This document shows, piece after piece, positions 13,822 through 25,700 of a stretch of DNA of 64,000 nucleotides. The position numbers and the translations under genes were made by a program. Numbering within the stretch: the first letter of the stretch is position 1; each line of letters starts with the position of its first letter. This DNA comes from Camelus dromedarius. Its lineage: Eukaryota. Under the pieces are notes generated by a model, which saw only the letters and a program-made list of their open reading frames with translations, did no database searches and was not told the DNA's origin. The stretch lies in contig NC_087445.1 of assembly GCF_036321535.1 (NCBI RefSeq), positions 78,616,001-78,680,000 on the forward strand, read 5' to 3'.

Positions 13822-16205
13822 TCAACAAGAGAAAGGACAAAAACCACATGATCATCTCAATAGATGCAGAAAAAGCATTTGATAAAATTCAGCACCCATT
13901 TATGATAAAAACTCTCGCCAAGGTGGGTATAGAGGGAACATATCTCAACATAATAAAAGCTATATATGACAAACATACAGCCAGCATAGTACTCAATGGT
14001 GAAAAACTCAAAAGCTTCCCACTAAAATCTGGGACAAGACAAGGATGCCCACTATCACCACTCCTATTCAACATAGTCCTGGAAGTCCTAGACACAGCAA
14101 TCAGGCAAGAGAGAGAAATAAAAGGGATCCACATTGGAAAAGAAGAGGTAAAAGTGTCATTATATGCTGATGACATGTTACTATATATAGAAAACCCTAA
14201 AAGGTCCACACAAAAGCTACTAGAGCTGATTGAAGAATTCAGCAAGGTAGCAGGTTACAAGATTAATGTTCAAAAATCAGTTGCATTTCTTTACACTAAT
14301 GATGAATCAACAGAAAAAGAAAGTAAAGAAACAATCCCCTTTAATATAGCACCCAAAGTAATAAAATACCTGGGAATAAATCTAACCAAGGAGGTGAAAG
14401 AATTATACCCAGAAAAATATAAACCATTGATGAGGGAAATTAAAGAAGACTTTAAAAAATGGAAAGATATCCCATCCTCCTGGATTGGAAGAATCAATAT
14501 TGTCAAAATGGTCACACTGCCCAAGGCAATCTACAGATTTAATGCAATCCCTATCCAATTACCCAGGACATATTTCACAGAACTAGAAAAAATCATAATA
14601 AAATTCATATGGAACCATCAAAGACCTAGAATTGCCAAAGCATTACTGAAGAGAAAGAAAGAGGCTGGAGGAATAACTCTCCCAGACTTCAGACAATACT
14701 ATAGAGCTACAGTCATCAAGACAGCATGGTATTGGTACCAAAACAGACATATAGACCAATGGAACAGAATAGAGAGCCCAGAAATGAACCCACAAACTTT
14801 TGGTCAACTCATCTTTGACAAAGGAGGCAAGAATATACAATGGAATAAAGACAGTCTCTTCAGCAAATGGTGTTGGGAAAACTGGACAGCAGCATGTAAA
14901 TCAATGAAGCTAGAACACTCCCTTACACCATACACAAAATTAAACTCAAAATGGATCAAAGACTTAAACATAAGACAAGATACAATAAACCTCCTAGAAG
15001 AAAATATAGGCAAAACATTATCTGACCTACATCTCAAAAATGTTCTCCTAGAACAGTCTACTCAAGCCATAGAAATAAAAGCGAGAATAAACAAATGGGA
15101 CCTAATGAAACTTACAAGCTTCTGCACAGCAAAGGAAACCATAAGTAAAACAAAACGAAAACCTACGGAATGGGAGGAAATTTTTGCAAACAATGAAACC
15201 GACAAAGGCTCAATCTCCAGAATATATAAGCAGCTCATACAACTTAATAAGAAACAACCNNNNNNNNNNNNNNNNNNNNNNNNNNNNNNNNNNNNNNNNN
15301 NNNNNNNNNNNNNNNNNNNNNNNNNNNNNNNNNNNNNNNNNNNNNNNNNNNNNNNNNNNNNNNNNNNNNNNNNNNNNNNNNNNNNNNNNNNNNNNNNNNN
15401 NNNNNNNNNNNNNNNNNNNNNNNNNNNNNNNNNNNNNNNNNNNACCGACAAATGCTGCAGAGGCTGTGGAGAAAAGGGAACCCTCCTTCACTGCTGGTGG
15501 GAATGCAGTTTGGTGCAGCCACTGTGGAAAACAGTATGGAGATTCCTCAAAAGACTAGGAACAGACTTATCGTATGACCCAGGAATTCTGCTCCTGGGCA
15601 TATATCCAGAGGGAACCCTACTTCAAAAANNNNNNNNNNNNNNNNNNNNNNNNNNNNNNNNNNNNNNNNNNNNNNNNNNNNNNNNNNNNNNNNNNNNNNN
15701 NNNNNNNNNNNNNNNNNNNNNNNNNNNNNNNNNNNNNNNNNNNNNNNNNNNNNNNNNNNNNNNNNNNNNNNNNNNNNNNNNNNNNNNNNNNNNNNNNNNN
15801 NNNNNNNNNNNNNNNNNCATTCTAAGTGAAGTAAGCCAGAAAGAGAAAGAAAAATACCATATGAGATTGCTCATATGTGGAATGTAAAAAAAAAAGAACA
15901 TAAATACAAAACAGAAACAGACCCATAGACATAGAATACAAACTTGTGGTTGCTAAGGGGATGGGGGGTGGGAAGAGACAGGCTGTGAGTTCAAAATTTG
16001 TAGATACTGACAGGCATATGCAGAATAGATAAATAAGATTATACTGTATAGCACAAGGAAATATATACAAGATCTTGTGGTAGCTCACAGTGAAAAAAAT
16101 GTGACAATGAATATATGTATGTTCATGTATAACTGAAAAACTGTGCTCTACACTGGAATTTGACACAATATTGTAAAATGACTATAACTCAATTAAAAAA
16201 AAAAA
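13822..16205 (+). mobile_element. Young 5'-truncated L1 (copy 2) with an uninterrupted 679-codon ORF2 remnant (13848-15887; RT and Cys-rich domains)
   Basis: [46 protein letters not shown] motifs; 3'UTR; A-tail at 16195-16205; endonuclease and ORF1 absent. Confidence 0.97.
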
Positions 16206-16419
16206 CAGTGAATGAGGAACAGAGACTTTCTCAAACAAAAACTGAGGGAGTGTGTTGTAGTAAACCTGCCTTCTAGAAATGTTAGAAGTTCTTTAGAGAA
16301 AAGAAAGATGATGTAGGTCAGAAACTCAGGTCCACACGAAGAATTGAAGAACACTGGGGAAGGGGTAAGAAAACATAAAGCAAAAACTTGTATTGTTCTT
16401 GTTCTTAATTGACCTATTG

Positions 16420-18120
16420 AACGATAATGAAAGAAATCAAAGGATAACTGAATTACTGGAGAAACATCCCACATTTACAGATAGGAGGCTCACTATTGTC
16501 GTGATGTCAGTTCTACCCAACTTGACCTACAGGTTCAGTGCCACCTCAACCAAATCCCAGCGGTTATTTTGTAGACATCGACAAACTGACCCTAAGGCTT
16601 GTGAGGAGAGGCCAAGCACCCAGAATAGCCAACACGACACTGAAAGAGAAGGACAAAGTCAGAGGACTGACACCAGGCAACCACAAGACTTACTACAAAG
16701 CTGCAGTTATCGAGACGGCGGGGTACTGGTGAAACACTGGCAAAAAGGTCAGTGGAACAAAACAGAGAGCCCAAAACAGATGCCCCCTCGACTGGGGGAT
16801 TTGGGGTGAGGACGACGTGTCCAGGCAGGCTCACCAGCGGCAACAAACGGCCCGCCTGGCGTGGGTGCTGGTGAGGGCCATGCGTGTGTACGAAGGGGCA
16901 GCAGGGGTGGGGGGAGTCTCCACATCCTCAGTTTTGCCGTGAACCTAAAACTGCTCTAAAAAATAAGGTCTGTTAAAGATTTTAATAAGTCACGTAAAAA
17001 ACCCATTCACGGTACAGTTGGGAAAATGTGAACACTGTGTAGGTCATGTTACGAGGCCTTTTCAACACTTTAGTTGTGAGAATGATATTGTGGTGATGTT
17101 TTAAAACAGGGTCCCTAACCTTCAGGGAGGAATGGTGTGTGATGACACAGTGTCTGAAGCTTTTTAGACAGGAAATAATTGGGGCGGGGGGGCCAGGAGT
17201 GTAGCTGTGAAAGGACTAGCCGCGTGTGGAGGACTCTTGGCTGGGTGATAGGTACATGGGGGTTCATAATGCTATTACCACCACCTTTTACGTGTTTAAA
17301 GCTTACATGATGAATAAAAAGATAAAAAATAAATTCCTGATGAACCAATGATTAAATACAAAAAGTAAAATAATGATTTTGTTTAAAATTATTAAAATGG
17401 AACTGAGAAAATATCAACTAAAACAATCTGAAAAACTTATAGATGAATTAAATATAATAAATAAGAATTTTTCAGCATAACTGAGGAACTCTAAAGTCCA
17501 GCTTTGGGACACCTGGTTGGCCCAGACTCCTGGCAAAAGCAAAGAGAAACCCTTTCTGTAGGAAGATGAGGGCACCTTCGGTCTCGCACGGTTCCTACCA
17601 GCAAGCACAGCTGTCCAGCAGAACCAGGCACAACAGAGACAAGGACCAGAGGGACAAAGGAAACCAAGAGACCCCAAGGGACGACCTGGTACAGCGACGC
17701 GCACAGGCGTCACATCGCCAAAGCCCGAGGGAGCAGCTGTGACGGCAGAGCGAGAGGGGCCGGCCTCCCGCAGGGCAGAGCCGGCACCGACCTCGAGAGC
17801 TCAAGCACAGGCTTAACAGCGGACTAGGCGCTGCCAGGAGAGTCAGTGCACTTAAGTGAAAACGTCCACATTCAAGTCGAGAAAGGCTTTTCTAACGGAA
17901 AATACAGAGGAAGGAGCAAGACGTGAAGGATAAATGAGGACACACGCTCCTGCGAGTCTCTGAAGGAGAGGAGAGAAAATGGACAGAGGCAGCTTCTGAA
18001 GAGACAGCGCTGATAATTTTTCAAAAGGGCTCAGAGACAGGTTGAAGGAGCGCAAGCAGCGTCGCACACGGCAGACCAAAAGGAGCCCACCCCCGCTCCG
18101 GCGAGCGGGGCTGCAGAGCA
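16420..18120 (+). mobile_element. Cluster of old L1M fragments (ORF2, 3'UTR ends, ORF1)
   Basis: Degenerate VMSVLPNLTYRFSA / KTYYKAAVI ORF2 peptides; L1MB-like 3' end at about 16930-16975. Confidence 0.65.
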
Positions 18121-18499
18121 CAAAGACAAAGACACTGCCTGGAGGCAGCAAGGGAGAACTACTTTCAGAGGAGAGGCCCGCGCCTCTGAGCGGGGACACT
18201 GGGCTGGAGGGGTGCTCACCCCCTGCTACCTGCACCCACCCAGACCTGGAGATGTGCTGCGGGAGGCGGGCAAGTGGAGGGCGGACCAGAGCCGGAGACC
18301 TGGTGCAGCAGCGCTGGGAGGTGGCGCCGCCCGTGTCGGGATGCCGTGACCCCCGCCCAGGTCCTGCCTGGCAGGCGCCCCAGCCACCTCAACCCTGGGA
18401 CGTGCTCCTGCAGGCAGGGGGTCTTCTGAAAGACCTGGGTCTGCGGGGATGGTCAGATGCGCCCACACCCCCAGGGAGGAGGCGGGAGCAGCCACTCAC

Positions 18500-18646
18500 G
18501 TCCAGCTTCATCAGGGTGAGCAGGTCCTTCTTGGCAGCTCTGAGGATGGCATCTGTCCTCCCATTGGCTGCAGTCTCGTCCGAGCTGCTCTCCGAGTAGC
18601 AGAAGACAGCGGAGGGTGTCTCTGTCACAATCACGCTCTTCTTGGA
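18500..18646 (-). CDS. PNPLA7: PNPLA7 coding exon 14 ([11 protein letters not shown]...[13 protein letters not shown])
   Basis: 147 nt, phase 0-0, AAG/GTGAGT boundaries. Confidence 0.95.
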
Positions 18647-18773
18647 CTTGAGAAGAGTACCAGCAGCGCCATCAGCAGGGCTGCGGCGCGGGAAGGCTGT
18701 GGGAGGCCCAGCGGGCCTGGGCCCCGCGGGGCACAGGCTGGGCACAGCCAGGACCGGGGTGGGGGGGGCCTAC

Positions 18774-18874
18774 CTTGCTGGCCGCAGCGCTCCCAGGGCG
18801 CTCCTCTGCGTGTGGGCGGATGCGGGCGTGGTCACATGCCACTCTGAGGTCTGAGGTGGTGGAGGTTATGCCAC
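18774..18874 (-). CDS. PNPLA7: PNPLA7 coding exon 13 (GITSTTSDLRVACDHARI...AAASK)
   Basis: 101 nt, phase 1-0; resembles human ATSDLGMACDRARV. Confidence 0.92.
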
Positions 18875-20059
18875 CTACAGAGGGAGGGGGACTCAGGACA
18901 CATGCTGGCTCCCTGGACACGTGGGCCCCGTGCACCCACCCAGGCAGGGCTGGCTGAGTGCAGCCCGAATCCCAAGCACACAGACCCTGTAGGTGAGAAT
19001 GGAGACAGACCCACTTCAGGCACACCCAGAGAGCTGTGTGACAACTCCTCAGAAATACAAATGATGGGAAGGTCCCGGTCTAGACAAAATGGGGGTTGGG
19101 TGGGGCAAACCACAGCTCCCACCGGGCCAGCCAGAACCCAGGGCAGGAGTCACGGAAGGGCCTTTGCCTGGTGACTGTAGGGTCTGCCTGTGGTTTGTGT
19201 GGCTTTGCCTCAGTGCTTTCCTTCCCGTGGCCAAAGAATGCAGCTTACATGAAAAAGTAAAACATGAGACTGTCACCAGGAACTACAAAGACCGACCCCC
19301 ATCAATTTTTTAAATGTCATGTCTCACAGGAAACACGCAGCTCTGGGAGCTGCTCTCTAATCACAGTGACAAGATTTTGAAATGTTTAAAGCAACACAGC
19401 AGTTAACAATACCGGTCTTGTCCGTCCTGAGATACTGTGGGTTCGTTACACTTACTGTGACATTACATTATTATATGATGTACACTAACATATGATATAC
19501 TACTATACACCACATTATTGCTTTTATTATTGTTTACTACTAATAAGCCAAAATATTATGATTCCAACATCTAATTTAAAAATAAAAACCCAGCCATACT
19601 TCCTGGGATAAACACAGGAAAGCATTAAAAGTTGCGTATTTCTGTATTAAGCTGCCATCATAATCATATGGTCTATGAAAATTAAAACGTTGAGTATCGT
19701 TGGCCAGTGTATCAAATTTGACCCACAGCTTGTTGACTCTGAGGAGTGGAAGCCAGGGACACGGGGGACTGACGGACGGTCTGGCACCCCTTCATACCAG
19801 GGCTGGAGCGTCCATGGATTCTGGTATCCACTGGAGGTTCTGGAACCAACCCCTATGGGTGCTGAGGGAAGACTGAGCATACCTCTGACTTTTGCCAGAA
19901 TCATGTCCATGAGAGTGTATAATGTACATAGGCCAGAGGAAAGGTAAGCCTCTACCTGTATGGATAGTAACTGGATATACTCATGGAACTGGATAATTCA
20001 TCTTCAAATTTTGTTATATGTGAATTGCTATTATTTTCAGCTATCTATCATTTAATATC

Positions 20060-20620
20060 ATTTTATTTCAAAAATTTCACTGAACAGATTTTTTAATACA
20101 GTGGGTCAGCTGAGCCACACAGAAGAAATGTGCCACGACACAGACAAAACAGTCAATTCTAGAGAGATGCGTGTCAAGAGGAAAATATTAAATCTTAGAG
20201 GCAGACTTCCTAAACAGGACACAGAATGTATTGACCATGGAAGAAAAAATTTGGCCAGTTGGACTCTATTCCTATCCACCTAAAGGTACCATTAAGAAAA
20301 TACTTGTAATACAGACATCCAGCAAACGGCTCACATAGAGAAAACCCAAAGAACCCCTGTTGGACAAACAGAAAGGCCCTCTGGGCAGCACAGGGACCTG
20401 TACTCAGTACCCTGTAATAACCCACAATGGGAAAGAATCTGGAAAAGAATATATATGTGTATGTGTAACTGCCTCACTTTGCCGTACACCTGAAACTAAC
20501 ACGACATCATAAATTAACAACACTTCAATTAAAAGAAAGCACTTGGGGGAAAAAAGAGCTCCTATTAACAAGAAAACAAAAGACAACCCAAGAGATAAAC
20601 GGGCAAAAGACCACGGAGCC
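20060..20620 (+). mobile_element. Old L1 ORF2 relic containing an artiodactyl-type L1 3'UTR end (about 20368-20535)
   Basis: AGCACAGGGACCTGTACTCAGTACCCTGTAATAACC...GCCGTACACCTGAAACTAACAC...TTCAATTAAAA. Confidence 0.7.
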
Positions 20621-21086
20621 CACCCCAGTGGAGAAGGAGGACCTCAGGCTCACGAGTTGTCGAGAAGGTGGGGCAAGAGCCACAACGAGGCCTGACTGCA
20701 GGGCCCAGAGGGGCCACACGAAAAAGACGGAAAACTGCACAGGCTGGGAAGGAGGACTTCCTGTAAGCGGTGTGGCCCGTGAGCTGTGTGGTCTGTAAGA
20801 CAGCAGAGGGGGCAGGTGCAGACACCTCCGGGGGACAGCTCTGCCACAGTGAAAGCAAAACCTGGGTGGTGGCCAGGGGGCAGAGGCCAAGGAACATCCG
20901 TCTCAGTGGAGGCTGTGGCACGTTAGTAGCCAGCGGGCAGAGCCAGGCTCTGGGGTGAGGGTGGCGCTGGAGCAGCTGCTCTGGAAGTGGCAGGAGGGGC
21001 ACTGGGGGCAGCGTGTGGGGAGGAGCCTGCAGGACATCCAGGCGGCAAGACGCCCCCCGTCTGGGGTGGGACAGAGAGTCCTTTAC

Positions 21087-21230
21087 CTGGTGGGGCTGAA
21101 GGGGCCTGGTGAGCTGCCTGCACCTGGTTGTGCTCGTCTGCCACCTCCTCGTGGACTGAAGGTAGCGGGACGGAGTGGCTCCTCCTCAGCACAGTGGGCC
21201 CAGAGGCCACAGCACAGCTGCTGCCACGGC
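21087..21230 (-). CDS. PNPLA7: PNPLA7 coding exon 12 (RGSSCAVASGPTVLRRSHSVP...APSAPP); alternative acceptor at 21233
   Basis: 144 or 147 nt, phase 1-1, CAGCAG acceptor; RSHSVP motif conserved; donor G|GTAAAG. Confidence 0.88.
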
Positions 21231-21830
21231 CTGCTGGGAGGACACGGCGTGAGGCCGGGCCTCCGCGCCCACAGCACACACACCGCGGGGCCGAGGCCCG
21301 GGCCCTGCACCCTTGCCCCTCAGGTCATGTCCTCATCACCTGTGCCCACCTGCCCAGGTGAGTGACAGCAAGTGCCAGGCTCAGACTCAGGCCCTGCTCA
21401 GCCCTCTCCAAGGCCGGCCAGCTGAGCACTGCGGGGGAGACCCCACCAGCCACAGCTCCTGGCCCCACAGGTTACGGAACCAGGACAACCGTCCAGGAGA
21501 GTCCCTCAGCAACTCTGCTGAGATGGACTTCACACACTTTGTTTGTAAACAACCGGTGACGTGTCCGCCATAGCGGACAACAGCACGGTAGCATGGCTGT
21601 GTGTACACAATCACCCCGGAGGTGACTTCTGCCTAAGAAGCCTCAATGAACAATTTTTTGCCCAAATCCAGGCCCCTCTTGAGAGCTCAGAGCAGTGCAG
21701 CCAGAGCACAAAGCTTTTCCCCCACAGGAAAAGCCAGATCCCCCGCAGAGCCGGGGAGACAGCTGCTGAGCAAGGGCGGGAGGGAGGCTGAGGCCGTGGG
21801 AGGTCAGGTGCTGGGGCAGGGGAGCGATAC

Positions 21831-21957
21831 CTGGCTCGCAGGAGTCCTGGGGCTGCAGGGGCCTCTCGAGCCGCTCCTCGGGGCTGTAGCTCATCTGTCT
21901 CCGGGCCTTTCCAGCAGCCACGCTGGCTACAGTCACGAGGGGGATGGCCTGGCTTTC
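21831..21957 (-). CDS. PNPLA7: PNPLA7 coding exon 11 ([17 protein letters not shown]...QDSCEP)
   Basis: 127 nt, phase 0-1. Confidence 0.95.
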
Positions 21958-22434
21958 CTGAGACACGAGAGAGAAGCCGGCTGCTCCTGGCTGTGTGGGC
22001 TATGCCCCCGGGAAGTAGTGTGAAGCCCTTGAGAGAAGCCACACTTGAGGGGCTGAGGGGAGGCTGGGGCCAAGCAGGAAGACAGCTGCCTTTAAGGCAG
22101 TAAAGGCCCAGCTTAGTTTCATCTTGGCAACCCTGTCGTGTCCAAACAAATGTCAAAACTGTCAGAAGCCCTGCTCTTCATTGAGAAGAAAAACAATGTA
22201 GAAAACAAAAGGATTTGCTCTAAAATGTCGGCAAACGATGGCAAAGCCTAAAGCATCACCAGGCCCTGGAGCACACCCCACGAGGCGCAGGGGCTAACAG
22301 CGGGTGCGTGTTCAGGGTTGGGCGCCGGGCCTGCGCGAGGGCTGGGGACAGCGCAGGGCCACATGACTTCACATTAAGTCTCAGCAGAGTCTGTGGGGAG
22401 CGAGTTCCTCATCTGCCTCACAGCCATCGGATCA

Positions 22435-22743
<309 letters not shown>

Positions 22744-23074
22744 CTAAATCTGAAGTTACTTCAAGTCACGAAGTCTAATAATAAAAAGAGCTCTTTATGG
22801 GCAGTGAGAGACCCGAAGTCCTCTTTGAGGTTATCAGCATTAAACTTTACTGTAAAACACATATTACAAGTTTTTTAAAAAATTGCCTTAGCTCCTCCTA
22901 CACCCGCTGTGTTTCCAGCACTCGGTCCTGCCAGTGATGTCAACTCCACTATTCTGGACTTGGCCTCACGGCTATGGGACTTTGGACACTGGAGGTAAGA
23001 CACTCAGGGCACCAGCCCTGCACCCCCCGAGATGCCCATGGCAGCAGCAGACACTGCCTGGAGAAGCTACCCAC

Positions 23075-23203
23075 CTGCACCACCCTCACCAGGGTCTCAG
23101 GATATTTCTCAAAAACTCCTTGAAAAGCCACGGCTGGAAGGCGGAGGATGGTGGACTGGACGGCAGCACGGGCGGACACGGTTTTGTACGGTGCGGTGTG
23201 GCC
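23075..23203 (-). CDS. PNPLA7: PNPLA7 coding exon 9 ([16 protein letters not shown]...ETLVRVVQ)
   Basis: 129 nt, phase 0-0, canonical splice sites. Confidence 0.96.
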
Positions 23204-24059
23204 CTGGAACGACAGCCCTGTCAGTCTGCTCTGGCCTCTGGGCCTTCGGAGCATGGCCCTCCCAGCCCACATCCCAGTCTCCAGCGTCACAGCTCATCTC
23301 ACAGCCCTGCTCTCCAGAAGGGCGCCTGGGCCCCTGCAAGGATCACCTGCCCAACAGCTTGGCCGGGCCTGTCCCGCCACAAGCTGGCTCCACGTGGCCA
23401 AGGACCCAGCGGGCAGCATTCGGTTTCCCTCTTCTGGGAACTGGCTGGCACTGGAGGAGAGATGAGGTTTTTTGTTGCAATATCAGCCCACGCAGTGACC
23501 TTGGCCCTTCTGGTGCACAGTGCTGAGTCCCGCTCCCACCTCTGCTCCCACCGCCGCTTCCTGGCAACCACCAGCTCTTTTCCTTTGTCACAGTGTTGCA
23601 TGAATGGAAGCACGCAGGCACGCCCTTCCCCAAGAAGACACACTTGAGGCTCATCACGCTGTCCCTGCGCAGGGACTCCATGCCCTTGGCTGGTGAGGAC
23701 TCGGCCGCCCTAGGGGTGCACCTGTTTCCTCATCCCTCTGCCAGTGATTTCCAGTTTGGGGCAACTAAAAGTGAAGCTAATATAAATATTCACATGCAGG
23801 TTTTTGTGTGAACAAAGTTCTCACTCTTCTTGCTCAATATGGAGGAATGAGTTACAGAAACCCTGGCTACAGCTGGAATCTGAACAGGCCTGCCAGGCTT
23901 GTGTCTGTCACTTGCTAAACTTCAGAACAAGACCAGGAGGCCCGCCTGCACCCTTCGTGAGCTCGCGCGTGTCTGTGCACATGTGGGCGTGTGTCCTGTG
24001 GGTGATTTTCATACCTCTTGACGTATTGCCAGATTCGGTTTGTAGAAGCACTCTATTTA

Positions 24060-24760
24060 ATTGACTTAAGACAAACATGTGCTGATAGGGATTGAAACAC
24101 AACAGAAATGGCTGAGTGCTCTTTGGGTTTATGTGATCTGGGCTTAATTTTGGTGAAGGGAACTTTTTGGGGCCGTTGGTTTAAAACAGGAATGTTTTCG
24201 GAGTTAACAACACTGAAAATAATGCTAGCATACAGCTCTATTCCACCTGGGCTTACTGGTCAGGTAACTCATGTTGTCTTTATTATAAAACTTGTCAGCA
24301 AGGAAAATAACTTTGTAGGATGAAATTTTTCATGCATAATTTAAATGTGACTGATGTTCCAAGACAAAAAAATAAAATAAAATAAATGTGACCGTTGAAG
24401 ACAGTGAACTGAATGGATGTGGATGAGACAAAAATTTCTAGTAAACCCTTTAAATAGCTTCCCCACATCTTTTTGGTCCTCTGAAACCTTCCAGTTTTGC
24501 TAAGTTAAATTAAATGACAGGTAGTCATTAAATATCTAGATCATTTCCAAATAAGATAGAGTACTGGAGCATTACCAAAAAGTTCACCCCCCTTTGGCTT
24601 CCTTTACAAAGGAACAAAAGGTATCGGAGTTTGTTGATAACATGTTTTGCGCCATCTTGGAAAACCTACTAAAGAAAGTTATCTTTGCCTGCAGTGAGGC
24701 TGACCGTTTCAGAATAGGAAAGAGGAAAATAAGACATACTTCTGTTATGGGTTACACTGG
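24060..24760 (+). mobile_element. Probable ERV1 (MER4-group-like) internal-region fragment
   Basis: AT-rich block with motifs I recall from MER4-group internal consensi (TTGCTAAGTTAAATTAAATGA, ATATCTAGATCATTTCCAAATAAGATA). Family not verified. Confidence 0.5.
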
Positions 24761-24799
24761 TTACCATTACAGTCAGAGTATACTTTGCATGATTTCTTT

Positions 24800-25700
24800 T
24801 TTTAAGTTAGAAACATTACTTTTCTCCCAGTTTTATCAAGGTATAACTGGCATACAGCATTGCATATGTCTAAGACATACACAGGCATCATGAGACGGTG
24901 ACCACAGTATGTGCAGAGAGCATCCATCATCTCACAGAGACTCAAAAGAAAAAGGAAAACCTGCTCCCTGTGATGAGAGCTCGGGGTGGCTCTCAGGACA
25001 GCCTTCACGTGTCACACACCGCGTGCTGGACACTGCGTCCCTAGTGCTTACTTATCTTATAACCAGAAGTCTGCACCTTTGACCACCTTCATGTAATAAC
25101 CTCTGCCCCCGACTCCCACCTCTAGTAACCAAGAACCGGCTCTCTTTTTCTATGAATTTGTTTGTTTTTGAAGTATAAGTGATCTACAACAGTATGTTAG
25201 TTCCTGGTGTACAAAGCAGTGACTTGACTTTTCTATATGCTACAAAATGATCACCACTGTATGATTTCAATTTCTTAAATTTATCAGCATTTGTTTTATG
25301 GCCCAGAATGTCTTGTGAACGTCCCATGGGCACTTGAAGAGAATGTGCTTTGCTGATGTTGGGACCAGTGTTCAGTAACTGTTCAGTTAATTACTTTATC
25401 GAGCTGGTCGGCGGTGTTGCTCAGGCTCTCTGTCCTCTGTTCTGTGGGCTGGAGCCGCGGGCCATCTCTCCTGTCACCTCACCAGTCTCCATCCTGCTGC
25501 TGGGAGAACACCCGCTCAGGTGTGACATCTCCTTGGTGCGTGCTACCCCCCACCCTCAGAATCACACCTCGGTTTGGGGTCGACTCTATCCGACAGTCCA
25601 TCTATCTAACCTCTGTACTTAGAGTGGGTTTCCTGGAGTCAGCAAATAGTTGGATTTTGGTATTTCCATCTAATCTGGCCATCATTTAAGTGGTTCATTC
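24800..25700 (-). mobile_element. L1 3'UTR fragment plus an older L1 ORF2 fragment, minus orientation
   Basis: T-rich strand with L1 3'-end motifs (ATCTACAACAGTATGTTAGTTCCTGGTGTACA) and a degenerate ORF2 reverse complement. Confidence 0.6.

Noticed and set aside
13848-15887. Possible active autonomous retroelement or domesticated reverse transcriptase
   Set aside because: 5'-truncated with no promoter, ORF1 or endonuclease; the Met is internal to ORF2. The open frame reflects youth, and about 370 nt are masked.
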